A stretch of DNA of 64,000 bases, taken from Candidatus Woesearchaeota archaeon (GTDB lineage: Archaea; Nanobdellota; Nanobdellia; Woesearchaeales; WAPY01). The first letter of the stretch is position 1. Each line of letters opens with the position of its first letter. The notes under the pieces were generated by a model that searched no databases, was not told where the DNA came from, and saw only the letters and a program-made list of their open reading frames with translations. Shown here one piece after another: positions 23,301 to 32,785 of this stretch. Position numbers and translations under genes: made by a program. The DNA lies in contig JBNAUL010000001.1 of the NCBI GenBank assembly GCA_049700835.1, positions 308,043 to 372,042 of the forward strand, read 5' to 3'.

Positions 23301-26048
23301 ACAGATATCTTTGGAAGTCCATTGATAACTAATGTAACAAAAGCAGATGTTATATTTGGAAACACAACAGTAGATTGGTGGAACACTTCTTGGATTTATA
23401 GAAAACAGATTTTTATAAATAATTCTTTTAGGGCTCCTATTTATAAAACAATTGATTTAAACATTTCTGGAATATCAACTTACATAAATAGTTGCGAAGA
23501 GTTAAGAATAGTGCAAACAAATGGTTTTAATCATACTTTAATTCCTTCACAAATAGTTAGTAATAGCAGCAAGACTTGGTGCGTTATAAGATTTAATGCT
23601 AACTTAACAAAGCTTGGCTTAAATGATAATTATTGGCTTCATTATGGAAATCCAAATGCAAGCTCAACAGGACAAACAGTTAGTTTAGCAGGACTAAAAA
23701 TTCAGAGAAATTGGTATTCGATGACAACAACTTCTGCAACAATAAACATTGAACCGGTAAATGTAAATAATGCGTTTGTTATGCTTACAGTAAATATTGC
23801 AAGTTCTCTGCCTTCAAGATCAGAAATAACAGCAAGAATTTCTGCAAGTAATCAATTATTGTTTGAAAGATATGCTGCTGTTACAACAGCAAACATTTCT
23901 TGGCAGGTTGTCGAGAGTTCTGAAATAAGCGTTCAGAGAGCAACAGTTTCTTTTGCAACAACTCAACTCAATGCAACAATAAACTTAAACAACGAGGTTA
24001 ATTTGAACGAATCGTTCATAATAGTTCTTGGAAGGGCTAATTCAGGAACAGCAGGAAACAATAATCAAGGATTCTTTAGAGCGATGTTTTTGAACTCAAC
24101 AACAGTTTATGTTGAAAGAGCAACTTCAGGAAGTGCTGCAATAGCAGAATTACAAATTATTCAGTGGAGTGGAGCAAGAGTTCAAAGCGGTAATTTTTCG
24201 TTTTCAACTTTAGAATACAATATAAGCGTCGGCTCTGTTAATTTGTCAAGAGCATTCTTAATCTTTGGAACTGCTGTTTCAGGAGTAAGCACAATAGATG
24301 GAAATTACATTAGAGGAAATATAACCAATCAAACAATATTGAGATTCTATAAAGAAACAACCTCTGGAACAGCATACATAAGTTGGTTTTTAGTTGAGAT
24401 GCCTGAAGAGTTTGATGTACAAAAAAACTCATCTCAGATAACAGCAGACGCAAACATAGCAATAAATCCTGTTGTGATGCAGAAAGCATTCCATGTACAA
24501 TCTTGGTCAGCAACAACAGCAACAACAACTTACACAAACGGCTTCATGAGATTTGAATTGAAAAGTCCAACAAACTTTTGGGCTGATGTTGTTGCAGGAA
24601 CAAATACAAAGAAAATTGTTTCTTTTATAGTAGAAGAAAAATCACTTAATGTAACATTAGGAGTGCAGCAAGAATTCAAAAAAGAATCTTCTGGAGAAAC
24701 AGATATTTACGGAATATTTACTTTTGATTGGAGCACTAAAAATCAGAGTTTAGGAACTTACAGTTTAGTTTTTATTGCTGAGAAAGAAAATTTTACCACA
24801 ACAAGGGCTTACAATACTTTTGAAATAATTCCTGACACTACAAAACCAACCGTGACTTTACTGCTGCCAGAAGATAACTATACAACAGGCGTTGGCTACA
24901 TAAACCTTTCATACATTCCATTTGATTATAACTTGGCCAACTGCACCCTGTACATAGGAAACGAATATTCCTTTAATCCTAATGTTACAAATTCAAGCCC
25001 ATTAAATAATGAAACAAATTATTTCAACAATGTTTTCTTTAGAGTTGGAATTTATTATTGGAATGTTAAGTGCGAGGATACAGAAGGAAACTTTGGATTT
25101 GCAACACAGAATTTCACACTGAACATTTCAGGTCCTGACTTAGTAATAACGCCTGAAAGAATATTCTTCAATGAGACAAACTCGTCTGAAGGTTCTAACA
25201 TAACTGTTTTTGCAAACATAACAAACTTAGGACTAAGCGATGCTGATAAACCATTCATTGTTCAGTTTTATTATGGTGATCCTGACTTAGGAGGAACACA
25301 ATTGAATTCAAACATTACAGTTCCAAATCTTTCAAGAAACAATTTTATAATTGTAAACACTACTTTTATTGTAAAACCAGGAAACAACAACATCTTTGCT
25401 GTTTTAGATCCAAACAACATAGTTAATGAATCAGATGAAACAAACAACAAAGCAAACAAGAGCATCTCAATACCAATATATCAGTATTATTATGGCAATA
25501 TAAGCGTGGAAATAATGTTAGGAGATTATTTAAATAAAACATTATTAAAAGTTGAAAGTTCAGAAACAAACTATGGTAACATAATAATATCAGATGTTGA
25601 TTCTTCCTTCTCATTCAATGATTTAATTCCATTAACAAGAAACATAAACAATCAAAAAACAAACAACGATTTTACGGATTTAGACATAATACTAAATACA
25701 AGCGATGCTAATGATTCCATAAAGAACACTTGGGGTTTAGGAACAGACGATCCTATAGCAATTGCAACATTCAATATTTCAGGGAGAATTATCGATAATG
25801 TTCCAATAATAAACTCAACAAATAACCCCAACTTCATAACAGGAATTCTTTGGGATAAAGCAGACGATTTATCCAACAATTACCAATTTGATTATAACAA
25901 CAAAGAAGATATAGTTTTCGTTACAAAAATAAATCCTAAAAAACAAGGCGCTTATGGAATTTATGATTATGAAATAAGAATTCCATCGCTGCTAAAAAAC
26001 TATAAATCAGGAACATCTTTGGTTAATTTTTATGTTGAGATTATCTGA
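17388..26048 (+). CDS. Giant secreted surface protein 2 (2,886 aa): signal/TM, beta-propeller, Ig-like repeats, FN3-like, DUF2341-like, lectin-like repeats, CARDB-like, terminal subunit-like domain
   Basis: Single long ORF with SVSAFNSSHFVVGW blades, YYWRVIAYD, WWNTSWIYRKQI...YGNPNAS, PDLVI...VNESDETNN, and the ending LVNFYVEII; very many NxS/T sequons. Confidence 0.9.
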   Translation: MMKAKLMHKNKNKNQKKALEFLSSVLSLVLFSFLVMFSILAQIRTVFSELEQLNNRVIMLDKKYYQLNETVEIKLKYLIRDAELFIKTPTHNYKFLGSLEERIKFVLEEEGTYEIVLMKNQKVIDNVAFSVNKTKTYSEIITNNETKEKEFGKTAQQITDLNCIKIEKENFFLGEAVKIQINKNIMNDEDLKGKLGLKIITNEGTYSILGEISEEVNFIPSIEGESLIVLYHINGTAICERTFFVISKLKKAGENLSKTIGIAEQNETIKEKNESQLFISKNESLKLREKEDLIKSKLRVRIKNKKNELSDAVLNFEFFNETENTEANQDKPQEKFRRIVLNINNSEFKNIIIENTIMKENSNLTFEELSIENKKIIKDRFARKTFLINYEKANFSNLIIRAEATGNELWVCEDWDLINNSCNEEPKKVLDLNLGEEFELNISKEQIIEGRNILYFETITILNPITFLRDNEVWVVEFNTTGIADLRISSNNSNWAEINNDLEETIDEMKFLDLKCGDKSLKDKIKVVDYEGNIKGLLEIRENESFRIQKFIVENYSCNETSYFSNLMLKAGYAVLRFDFGEQTAYAIDPLVNISNTNITSLDMAILDEETFVVAYCDDTNDRVAFRVYNTNGSLVSGEVVVDSSLAVSACDYTSVSVSAFNSSHFVVGWVDSGSSYVSFEVFDVFGNVFGSRVDVDTTAGTSRSVSVSAFNSSHFVVGWYDQPDADATFRVYTSSGSAVTNAIDVDTNAGTCNAVSVSALDNVNFVFGYYDMASSDVTFRTYTSSGGAVSAITDVDTDAGVGSFSVSVSGVNSSHFVIGWFDQTSGYVRFRLYSVYGTIVGTEVVPDTAVGTTASGVMQDVAAINQTSFVYSWFDSIADVGTFFSTYSTFGVTTPTAIVSNISVLNNSLKYHAVAGYQPSTNIGFCQGNKFVIAFVNTTGFYWKTYFTNGAEWDGICPDLTPPNVTLIYPSNNTLLEQKNVDFNFTVYDKKTLIIPNCSLWANFTGVFQEIATVYNISINTITNITMNDLEDGYYVWNVKCYDGSNNSAFAINNNTLIINFYPPNISNPEINTTTINQSEFIKFNATITDEFGISYAFITIKYPNGTYKNISLVKNNDEYYINFNDTIQLGIYNITFIWANDSFGKSSNQSLNLYFQVVPSPPSEFDLISPYNKTESKNLVPTLTWQQTQEQTFANYTIQISKDSSFTTIDYAYYTFEITNTSYTVDYALDANSMYYWRVIAYDVFGNYRISTNYFVYITDTISPTITLIYPENNTILSQNQITFKYVPNDANTLNTCALYGNFSGSFSKIVESNNITKGVENNLTTTIVNEGIFAWNVWCNDTATNNGFSTQNYTLMLDFSPPKINLMYPNNNSIENETNIITFIANATDTYSNISFCELIIDGEIKDTNYEITRGVSFNFTVFLQNGNYTWNVNCTDTNGFENSSEIFNLSIFVIDAQPPFITINSPRNNTFLSYDTILINYTPQDSTGIENCSLIMNNAINQTDYEIENFVPNYFTIILEEGIYNFKIGCYDNSSEFNYAETEEYTLIVDLTNPAVLLEFPENNSYSRSEVSFAYTPIDLNLDSCILYGNFSGIWEEQAYDNSPINNNSNEFSRTLNDSIFVWNVWCNDSSGRNSFASENFTIKVDSTSPFYYNNISYPETPTTYEPNKEYYFIINWSDNFGIKELVIEQNFTGQILNITLINLSIENESQSNSTISYNYSLQNLNASIYYYKWYVTDFNNNTNSTPKYDYVVEKSDSEIKLKLNGVENNITIDEDNYVNISAEVIKPITGYLEIYVNNDLIAFGNSPLSINYFFEDPGIYNITAIYNQTNNYKLSYATYFLTTNDITPPNINLTQPSQSALIGYATINFNYIVYDKSNLSNCSLIINSTINKTNYNVSVGEVNTFTQIFEEGNYSWKVECYDIFGNYNISEERNFTYIKSDKIIGYAQTSKPQYQKGEPAILIANTTDIFGSPLITNVTKADVIFGNTTVDWWNTSWIYRKQIFINNSFRAPIYKTIDLNISGISTYINSCEELRIVQTNGFNHTLIPSQIVSNSSKTWCVIRFNANLTKLGLNDNYWLHYGNPNASSTGQTVSLAGLKIQRNWYSMTTTSATINIEPVNVNNAFVMLTVNIASSLPSRSEITARISASNQLLFERYAAVTTANISWQVVESSEISVQRATVSFATTQLNATINLNNEVNLNESFIIVLGRANSGTAGNNNQGFFRAMFLNSTTVYVERATSGSAAIAELQIIQWSGARVQSGNFSFSTLEYNISVGSVNLSRAFLIFGTAVSGVSTIDGNYIRGNITNQTILRFYKETTSGTAYISWFLVEMPEEFDVQKNSSQITADANIAINPVVMQKAFHVQSWSATTATTTYTNGFMRFELKSPTNFWADVVAGTNTKKIVSFIVEEKSLNVTLGVQQEFKKESSGETDIYGIFTFDWSTKNQSLGTYSLVFIAEKENFTTTRAYNTFEIIPDTTKPTVTLLLPEDNYTTGVGYINLSYIPFDYNLANCTLYIGNEYSFNPNVTNSSPLNNETNYFNNVFFRVGIYYWNVKCEDTEGNFGFATQNFTLNISGPDLVITPERIFFNETNSSEGSNITVFANITNLGLSDADKPFIVQFYYGDPDLGGTQLNSNITVPNLSRNNFIIVNTTFIVKPGNNNIFAVLDPNNIVNESDETNNKANKSISIPIYQYYYGNISVEIMLGDYLNKTLLKVESSETNYGNIIISDVDSSFSFNDLIPLTRNINNQKTNNDFTDLDIILNTSDANDSIKNTWGLGTDDPIAIATFNISGRIIDNVPIINSTNNPNFITGILWDKADDLSNNYQFDYNNKEDIVFVTKINPKKQGAYGIYDYEIRIPSLLKNYKSGTSLVNFYVEII
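19218..19964 (+). repeat. 747-bp T/G-wobble beta-propeller module, copy 1
   Basis: Matches 33114-33860 with one mismatch seen (G19251/A33147). Contains an internal 48-bp exact repeat (19350-19397 = 19500-19547). Confidence 0.95.
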
Positions 26049-26433
26049 TCAAAAATGATGGCAATTGTTAATGGAAATTAATAAAAGAAATTAATAAAAA
26101 TAAATAATTGACAATGCCAATAGTTTTTCTTAAAAATTAATATTAGTAAAAATCATTTTTAGGAATTATTAATGATAATTTATTGCAATCAACTGCTAAT
26201 ATTCTAACAGCATTCAAATTATATTCAATTAAACCTTAAAAACTTAAATATCAACAAAAAATTTAAAGTTTAATAAAAATCAAATTATTATTGTAACAAC
26301 AAAGTCATTTTAAAAATCAAAAATAGTTTATTTTATAAATCACTCTAAAATTAATACAAAAAGTTTTAAACTTATTTTCTAAAATATGCCTATAATAATT
26401 TATAATAATAGTTTATAATTGTTAATAATATGA

Positions 26434-27375
26434 GTGGCTGAAATGTTCTTTTCAAGAAAGAAGAGGAAGGTTGAAACCCAAGAGGAAGAGAAGGAACTTC
26501 CAATGCTGGCAAAGGATTTGCTTGAGAAAACACGAACCATAGAAACAATACAGATGCCTATAGAACAGGAAAAGAAGGAAAAAAAAGAAAAGAGAAGGTT
26601 TTTCTTTTTTAAAGCAAAGGAAAACAACAAAGAAAAACAAAAAGAAGAAAAAACAAAAGACGCTTTAAAAGATAAGGAAAAGTTTGAAGTAAAACCGATT
26701 AAAGAAGAACAAAAAAAAGAGGAAAAAACAGAAACAAGAGAGTTTAAGACGCAGGAAATAAAGAAAGAACTTAAAGAAGAGATGGAACTTGATTTCGAAG
26801 ATTTAATATCTTCTAATAAAGGTTTTTTTGCAAAACTTTTAGAAAACATCTATGAAAAATCCTTCGAGGAATTAGCAAAAAAGGACTTGATTGAAGAAAT
26901 AAGGAATTATTTTGCATCAGAAAAGAACAAGAAAGAGATTGAATACGAGAAAAAAGCGGCTTATTTGAGATTGAAGAACTTGCTCTTGGAGCTTTCAAAA
27001 CTTGAGGAGAAATGGGAAAATCAAAATATAGTTTTAGAACAATACAAAGAACAGATAAAAACAACAGAAGAAAGAATAAGAGAACTCTCAGAAATAATAA
27101 AGAGGGAAGCGCAAAAGCTCAGTTTGGAAGCAGAAATACCTTCTGAAAAGGAATTCGTTCTAAACGATGGGAGAAGATTAAGAAGCTTGAAAGAGCTATT
27201 GGAAGCTTTGAAAACAATGAGCGATGATTTATACAAGCATCATGTTAATAGTTCAAGAAATGATTTTGCAAATTGGGTAAAAGATGTTTTTAAGAAAGAA
27301 TCATTAGCAGAGAAAATAAGAAATGCAAAAGCAAAGGAAGAAACGATAAAAATACTAAGTTCTGAATTGGAATAA
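26434..27375 (+). CDS. Charged coiled-coil protein with C-terminal DUF5752-like domain
   Basis: EFVLNDGRRLRSLKELLEAL..MSDDLYKHHVNSSRNDFANWVKDVF. Confidence 0.75.
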   Translation: MAEMFFSRKKRKVETQEEEKELPMLAKDLLEKTRTIETIQMPIEQEKKEKKEKRRFFFFKAKENNKEKQKEEKTKDALKDKEKFEVKPIKEEQKKEEKTETREFKTQEIKKELKEEMELDFEDLISSNKGFFAKLLENIYEKSFEELAKKDLIEEIRNYFASEKNKKEIEYEKKAAYLRLKNLLLELSKLEEKWENQNIVLEQYKEQIKTTEERIRELSEIIKREAQKLSLEAEIPSEKEFVLNDGRRLRSLKELLEALKTMSDDLYKHHVNSSRNDFANWVKDVFKKESLAEKIRNAKAKEETIKILSSELE

Positions 27376-28561
27376 ATTAAATTTGAATAAATCTGAATAA
27401 ACAATAATTGCAATGATTAATATAATGAAATTATTAATAGCACCTCCTAAAGTTAAAATTTAACTTAACCATTTTTAACTTGTTTTAACTTTTTTAATCT
27501 TTCTTATTTTATAATAAAATTATTATATAATTATATTATTGTGTTAATGACAAAAAATATTATTTTTTGCAGTGAATCTAAGTGTAATAAATGGCTATTT
27601 TATTTGATTTCCTAATAATTGCATTTCCAATCCTCAAGGCATTTCCCCATATTCCTAATTTTTAATTTCTTTTTTTAACTTCTTCCGACTTTTTTTATCC
27701 TGAACTTCCTACATTCCGTAACCTATTTTTTATAATTCTTTCTTGTTTTAAAAGGCGTAAATGATAAGAAATTGCGAGAATTATAGTTTAAGGGTTGGCA
27801 TATTTATTTTTTTGCCTTGTTTAATTAATAAACAGTTCTATAGAGAGAGACAAGATTAAAAAACAACAAAAAGGATTAGTAAAATAAAAAAGAATAAAAT
27901 AAAAAATAATGCAATAGGAAACATGCAATAAGAAGCACTTTTTACTACAACAATCATTAAAAACATGTTACAGATTATGCAAGAGAATATTGCTAAGAAA
28001 AATAGAAAATAAAAAGATAGTGAATAGAATTGAAAGAGATAAAACAAGGAGCACAAACAACATAGAGCATATGGAGCAAGAAATAAAACAAAAATAATTT
28101 TGCAATGCAAATAACCGCTTAAAAATTAATTCAATCAAAGAAAATAAAGGCAAGATTACCCTCCCATTATTTTTTTAAATATTATTTTTCTAAACAATAC
28201 TTTTAATTCAATGCTTTTAATTTTTAGTTTTCTGATTTGTTTTGTTTTCTTTTTTTAATTATACTTCTTTCTCTTAACTCTATGATTTTTGATTCTTAGA
28301 TTTTTTATTGTTTTATTTTATTAATTTTAAGCAGGGAAAGAAATACTCCTTTATGTTTTTTGAATTTTTCATCATTTTTTGTCAAATTTTTATAAAAAAT
28401 GAATGCAGAATTCTTTTTTTTACTTAACAGTTAATATTAAAAATAGAAATATTTATATATTAGTATTGTTTTTTGTATATTAAAATATAAAATATATTAT
28501 TTGTTGATTTTTTTATATTTAACAAAATTGCAAGTTTTGAGCCGCAAGCGAGGTGACAAGA

Positions 28562-29293
28562 ATGAAAAAATTGTTTTTGTTAAGTTTTGTATTCTTAATA
28601 GGTCTGTCTATTTTAGTAAGCGCAACTGATACGCCAAGATTCCCTGACCAATTAAATAAAACAGAGCGCGGAAGGCACAGCCCTATGGGCGTTAAAAGCT
28701 TGGAAGCACTTGCAGGAAACATTTCTTATCTGAGCATTTATACAGAGGCAGTAACACAAGCATGGCAGGGCTATATTGGAAATATTTCTGGTACAATAGT
28801 TTTAGATGATGCTAACAACAGAACTCTCTATGACTGGGCATTGCCAAATCCTTCTGGTGAGGTCTATGCAACAAGGAGCAATTCAATAAATTGGAGCACT
28901 GGAAACATAATCTGCGCTAATAATTCTGTAATAACTAATGAAGAACTTGCTCTAAACATAAACAATGCAGAGGATATGGATTCTATAAACAGAACATTCA
29001 ACATGACATTCTCAGGGGATATTTATGTTGCTACAAATCACATAACAGCAGCAAGCAACTGCAGACAGGCAAATCTCTATGTCTCAGATGCTTGGGAAAA
29101 CTCAGGAATATTCAAAGAAATTCTGCTCTATGACATTGCAAACAACAAAACGATCTACACAGCAATAATTCATAAGGGTTATGCTGTTGGTTATGACGGC
29201 AATACATACAATTTTCAGCTTATAGTGCCAGAAGACGGGCATTACGGAGACACCTCCACCACAACATACTACTTTTATGTTGAAATACAGTAA
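28562..29293 (+). CDS. Secreted ~245-aa subunit, family A (putative filament subunit)
   Basis: GAGGTGA RBS, TATA-like 28452-28459, signal peptide, AGNISYLSI...WQGYIGNISG...LYDW...GEVYATR...TTYYFYVEIQ. Confidence 0.8.
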   Translation: MKKLFLLSFVFLIGLSILVSATDTPRFPDQLNKTERGRHSPMGVKSLEALAGNISYLSIYTEAVTQAWQGYIGNISGTIVLDDANNRTLYDWALPNPSGEVYATRSNSINWSTGNIICANNSVITNEELALNINNAEDMDSINRTFNMTFSGDIYVATNHITAASNCRQANLYVSDAWENSGIFKEILLYDIANNKTIYTAIIHKGYAVGYDGNTYNFQLIVPEDGHYGDTSTTTYYFYVEIQ

Positions 29294-29388
29294 AAACCAT
29301 TTTTATTTTTTATTTTTTATAAATTCATACAATGCATACAATGCATGATAACATGCAAAAATTTTGCAAGCAAGTAAGGTGATAAAAA

Positions 29389-29586
29389 ATGCCTAAAGAG
29401 AAGGAATTTGTTAAGGTTGTTTGGCAGGAAACTCCTAATTCTGTTAGGGTTATTCAGGGATACTATTTTGACGAAGGAGATTTCATAAGAGTAAAAGGCG
29501 ACTATAAAGAAGTGCTAATTAGAAAGAGCAGGATAATAAGCATTGAGCAGAAACAACCAACAAAGGGTGAGAAAAATGGAAAATAA
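29389..29586 (+). CDS. Small beta-rich protein, possibly Sm/Hfq-like fold
   Basis: AGGTGA RBS; VKVVW...VIQG...DFIRV...EVLIRKSRIISIE resembles Sm1/Sm2 strands; duplicated at 31279. Confidence 0.6.
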   Translation: MPKEKEFVKVVWQETPNSVRVIQGYYFDEGDFIRVKGDYKEVLIRKSRIISIEQKQPTKGEKNGK

Positions 29587-30301
29587 GTTCATTATTAGGA
29601 TTCTTGCCATAATGACTTTATTTTTAATTTATGCTTATTCAGCAAGCGCTCTGCCTGGAGGACCAACCTTGGTTTCTAACACAACAAATACAGGCCCTAA
29701 TTTAACAGCAGGACTTCAAAGGAACGATCCAAAAGGAACAATCACTACAATGGTCCTAAACTTCACTCAGCAAAACCTTCGCTGGAAAGCATATGTTGGA
29801 AACATCTCTGGAAAGTATGCTTTGCAGGACTCAAGCAACTACATGATTTATGAATGGAATTTTAGTTCTGATTCAGGAGAAATATATGCAACAAGAGCAT
29901 CCTCAACTCCTACATGGACAAGCGTTGCTTGTGCTCAACAATCTGATATAGACAGTGAGGATTCTGCTCTAAACCATGCATCCTCGAACTCTGATACAAT
30001 CAACAAAACATTCCCATATCAAATACACAAGGCGTTTGCTGTCGGCGCTGTTCCAATAAACCAAAACGCTTGCAGGTCAACAGCAACCTTCATAAATAAT
30101 GCTCCACAATCAATGGATCCAGGCACTACAAAATTCCAAGAAGTATTGCTTAAAGCAGGAAGTGCGTTCCTATACACAACACTATTCTCATATAATACTA
30201 ATGGTTACAACAACCAGCCATATGATTTTCAGGTTTTAGTAGCAGAAGATGACACAGCAGGAAGTCCCACAACATACTATTTTTATGTAGAACTCATATA
30301 A
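29576..30301 (+). CDS. Secreted subunit, family A
   Basis: Signal peptide; KGTITTMVL...WKAYVGNISG...IYEW...GEIYATR...TTYYFYVELI. Confidence 0.8.
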   Translation: MENKFIIRILAIMTLFLIYAYSASALPGGPTLVSNTTNTGPNLTAGLQRNDPKGTITTMVLNFTQQNLRWKAYVGNISGKYALQDSSNYMIYEWNFSSDSGEIYATRASSTPTWTSVACAQQSDIDSEDSALNHASSNSDTINKTFPYQIHKAFAVGAVPINQNACRSTATFINNAPQSMDPGTTKFQEVLLKAGSAFLYTTLFSYNTNGYNNQPYDFQVLVAEDDTAGSPTTYYFYVELI

Positions 30302-30311
30302 GGTGATTTTC

Positions 30312-31226
30312 ATGTTTAACTTGCAAACAAAACAAGCAATGAAGAGAAAGATAATTTTAATTTTTATGTTGGTTGCATTTTTGCTCTTCATTAGCCCAAG
30401 GATTTTTGCAGTTAATTCTACTACAGTAAGCTCAAGAGTCAATGTTACAAATGTCGCTCCAAGCATTGTTTCTATAACTGTTAATAGGGTTGGTTATGCT
30501 CCTGGAACAAACATTGATTTAATACCAGGAACAATAACTCCTGTTGAATGCAATGGAACAATAAACGATACTAATGGTTATGCTGACATCCTAAATGCTT
30601 CTGCTGTTTTTTATGATAATAGTGTTGCAACCCCAACAAGCTCAGACAATAATGAAACACATTACACCAATAGCAGTTGTACTTTAAGTGCTGGCTCAGG
30701 ACTAAGCAAGAATTTCCACTGCTATTTTGGGGTTTTATACTATGCCAACAATGCAAGTTGGACTTGCAATGTAACTGCTTATGATGCCGATGGAGCTTAC
30801 AATTCCTCAACAAACTCAACAAACATCAATATTTTGGTTGCTTTGAATGTTTCAAACACAACAATAGATTATGGCAATATGGCACCTCTTGAGACATCTT
30901 CAAGTTCTGTGATAGAAAACATAACGAATCATGGAAATGTTAAACTTGATTTAACTCTTAATGGAACTGACATGACATGCCCAAATCCTTACCCAGCAAT
31001 TCCTGTTGGCAACCAACATTATAATGTAACAGGAACAGATCAAGCTTATGGACTAATGACAGCGCTAACCTCATCCCCTGTAACAGTCACTGCTTTTGAC
31101 CTCCTAAAGAGAAACGACACTGATGCCTTAAGAGCAATAAGGATGACCTATTGGAGGATAAGCATCCCTGCAGGGCTGAAAGGCGTTTGCCAAGGAAACA
31201 TAACATTTGCTGTTTTGGTTGGTTAA
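30312..31226 (+). CDS. Secreted two-domain Ig/pilin-like protein, family B
   Basis: AGGTGA RBS, signal peptide, ending YWRISIPAGLKGVCQGNITFAVLVG; paralogous to the C-terminal half of 32913-34919. Confidence 0.75.
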   Translation: MFNLQTKQAMKRKIILIFMLVAFLLFISPRIFAVNSTTVSSRVNVTNVAPSIVSITVNRVGYAPGTNIDLIPGTITPVECNGTINDTNGYADILNASAVFYDNSVATPTSSDNNETHYTNSSCTLSAGSGLSKNFHCYFGVLYYANNASWTCNVTAYDADGAYNSSTNSTNINILVALNVSNTTIDYGNMAPLETSSSSVIENITNHGNVKLDLTLNGTDMTCPNPYPAIPVGNQHYNVTGTDQAYGLMTALTSSPVTVTAFDLLKRNDTDALRAIRMTYWRISIPAGLKGVCQGNITFAVLVG

Positions 31227-31278
31227 AAATTATTGATTTCATTTTAAACCAAAGTAAAACCTAAAAGAGAAGATAAAA

Positions 31279-31455
31279 ATGTTCAAGGAAAAGGAATTTG
31301 TTAAGGTTGTTTGGCAGGAAACTCCTAATTCTGTTAGAGTTATTCAGGGATACTATTCTAACGAAGGAGATTTCATAAGAGTAAAAGGCGACTATAAAGA
31401 AGTGCTGATAAAAAAGGACACAATAATAAGCATTGAAAAGAAGCAGAAGAAATAA
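31279..31455 (+). CDS. Second copy of small Sm-like protein, 58 aa (not in ORF track)
   Basis: Manual translation MFKEKEFVKVVWQETPNSVRVIQGYYSNEGDFIRVKGDYKEVLIKKDTIISIEKKQKK; 31291-31406 matches 29401-29516 with 3 mismatches. Confidence 0.75.
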   Translation: MFKEKEFVKVVWQETPNSVRVIQGYYSNEGDFIRVKGDYKEVLIKKDTIISIEKKQKK

Positions 31456-31669
31456 GATTATTTTTCCAAGAACTTGTTCACTAAAAATTTTTAAATTCAC
31501 AATTAATTTTTGTTTTTTAGAAAACTTTTATTCTTCTGTATCAAGAAATTTTTTAGTTTTTTATTTTAACCAAATCTTTAAATTATTTTTTATTTTTTAT
31601 TATTTTTTATTTTTTGCGCACTTTTATATTCCAATTTTAATTTTTTTAATTATTTAAATTTGCTTTTTT

Positions 31670-32785
31670 TTACTTTTCCTCAAACTCAGCAACAACTTCC
31701 GTGTGTTTTGTTTGAGGGAAAAAATCAAAAAAGGCAACAGATTTTAGATCATAAGAATTAAATTTTTTAATATCCTTTGAGAGTTCTATTGGATTGCAGG
31801 AAATGTAAATTATTTTCTTTGGTTTTAATTCTTTAATAGCATTCAACGCTTTAGGATGAATCCCAGACCTTGGAGGATCAATTATAACATAAACATTGTT
31901 TTTCTCAACACTCAACCTCTTAATTTTTGAAGCATCAAGATTAAAAACGCTTATGTTTTTAGCATTATTTATTTTTATGTTTTCAATTGCAGACTCAACA
32001 CAACTCTTATTATTTTCCACTAAAAAAACATGCTTGAAAAAATCAGAGTTTATTATTCCAAAAGTCCCAACTCCAGAGTATAAATCTAATAAAAAAAGTT
32101 CTTTTGTTTTTATTCTTGTTTCATTCATTATTAAGTTATTAACATACAAATGCATTTTTTTAGCCATAGAATAATTGTTCTGGAAAAAACCCTGCACTGA
32201 AAAATGAAAAATCTTATTTAAAAGATTAATGCTTAATTTAGCATTTCCTTTTGCAACAAAAAAATCATCAGAAATACTAACATCAGTGTTTTCAGGAACA
32301 AAAGTAACAACAATGTTTTGAGCGCTTGAAATTTTTGAATACTCTCTTATTCTTTCAACAGCAGCCCTTATTCTTGCAGAATTAGAGTTAAGTACAAAAC
32401 TTATTGATGATTCATTAGCAACTCTTACAACAGCATACCTAAAAGTTCCTGAATTATTTTCAACATCAAAATAATCAAGATCCTTAAAAAAATCCGTAAT
32501 TTCTTTTAACAATTCATTAATTCTGTTTTCAGCAATATAGCAATACTCAACATCTATAATCTTTTTCCAATCCCTTTTCTTTCTTAAACCCAAACCGTTT
32601 TTATGAAAGATAAAATCCATCCTGTTGCGGTAATTAAATGGTTTATCATAAAAAACTTTTATTGAATCCTTATCAACACTAAGCAGTTTTGAAAGCAATT
32701 CTGTTTTTTTATCTATTTGAACTTTATATTCAAGATTTTGTAAACTGCAACCCCCGCAATTCTTAAAATAAGGGCAAACAATCAT
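31670..32785 (-). CDS. RlmD/TrmA-family RNA (uracil-5)-methyltransferase
   Basis: CPYFKNCGGC Fe-S motif, YRNRM, FFQ, DLYSGVG, DPPR, YISCNP, FFPQTKHTE. Confidence 0.9.
   Translation of the reverse strand: MIVCPYFKNCGGCSLQNLEYKVQIDKKTELLSKLLSVDKDSIKVFYDKPFNYRNRMDFIFHKNGLGLRKKRDWKKIIDVEYCYIAENRINELLKEITDFFKDLDYFDVENNSGTFRYAVVRVANESSISFVLNSNSARIRAAVERIREYSKISSAQNIVVTFVPENTDVSISDDFFVAKGNAKLSINLLNKIFHFSVQGFFQNNYSMAKKMHLYVNNLIMNETRIKTKELFLLDLYSGVGTFGIINSDFFKHVFLVENNKSCVESAIENIKINNAKNISVFNLDASKIKRLSVEKNNVYVIIDPPRSGIHPKALNAIKELKPKKIIYISCNPIELSKDIKKFNSYDLKSVAFFDFFPQTKHTEVVAEFEEK

Noticed and set aside
27376..28550. Short minus-strand ORFs in the 1.2-kb AT-rich spacer
   Set aside because: Low-complexity F/L/I products with no recognisable family; possibly eroded DNA but unsupported.
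28562..30301. Type IV pilin or archaellin identity for family A subunits
   Set aside because: Signal peptides look class I (hydrophobic core then an Ala-type cleavage site), with no (K/R)G cleavage motif before the hydrophobic helix.
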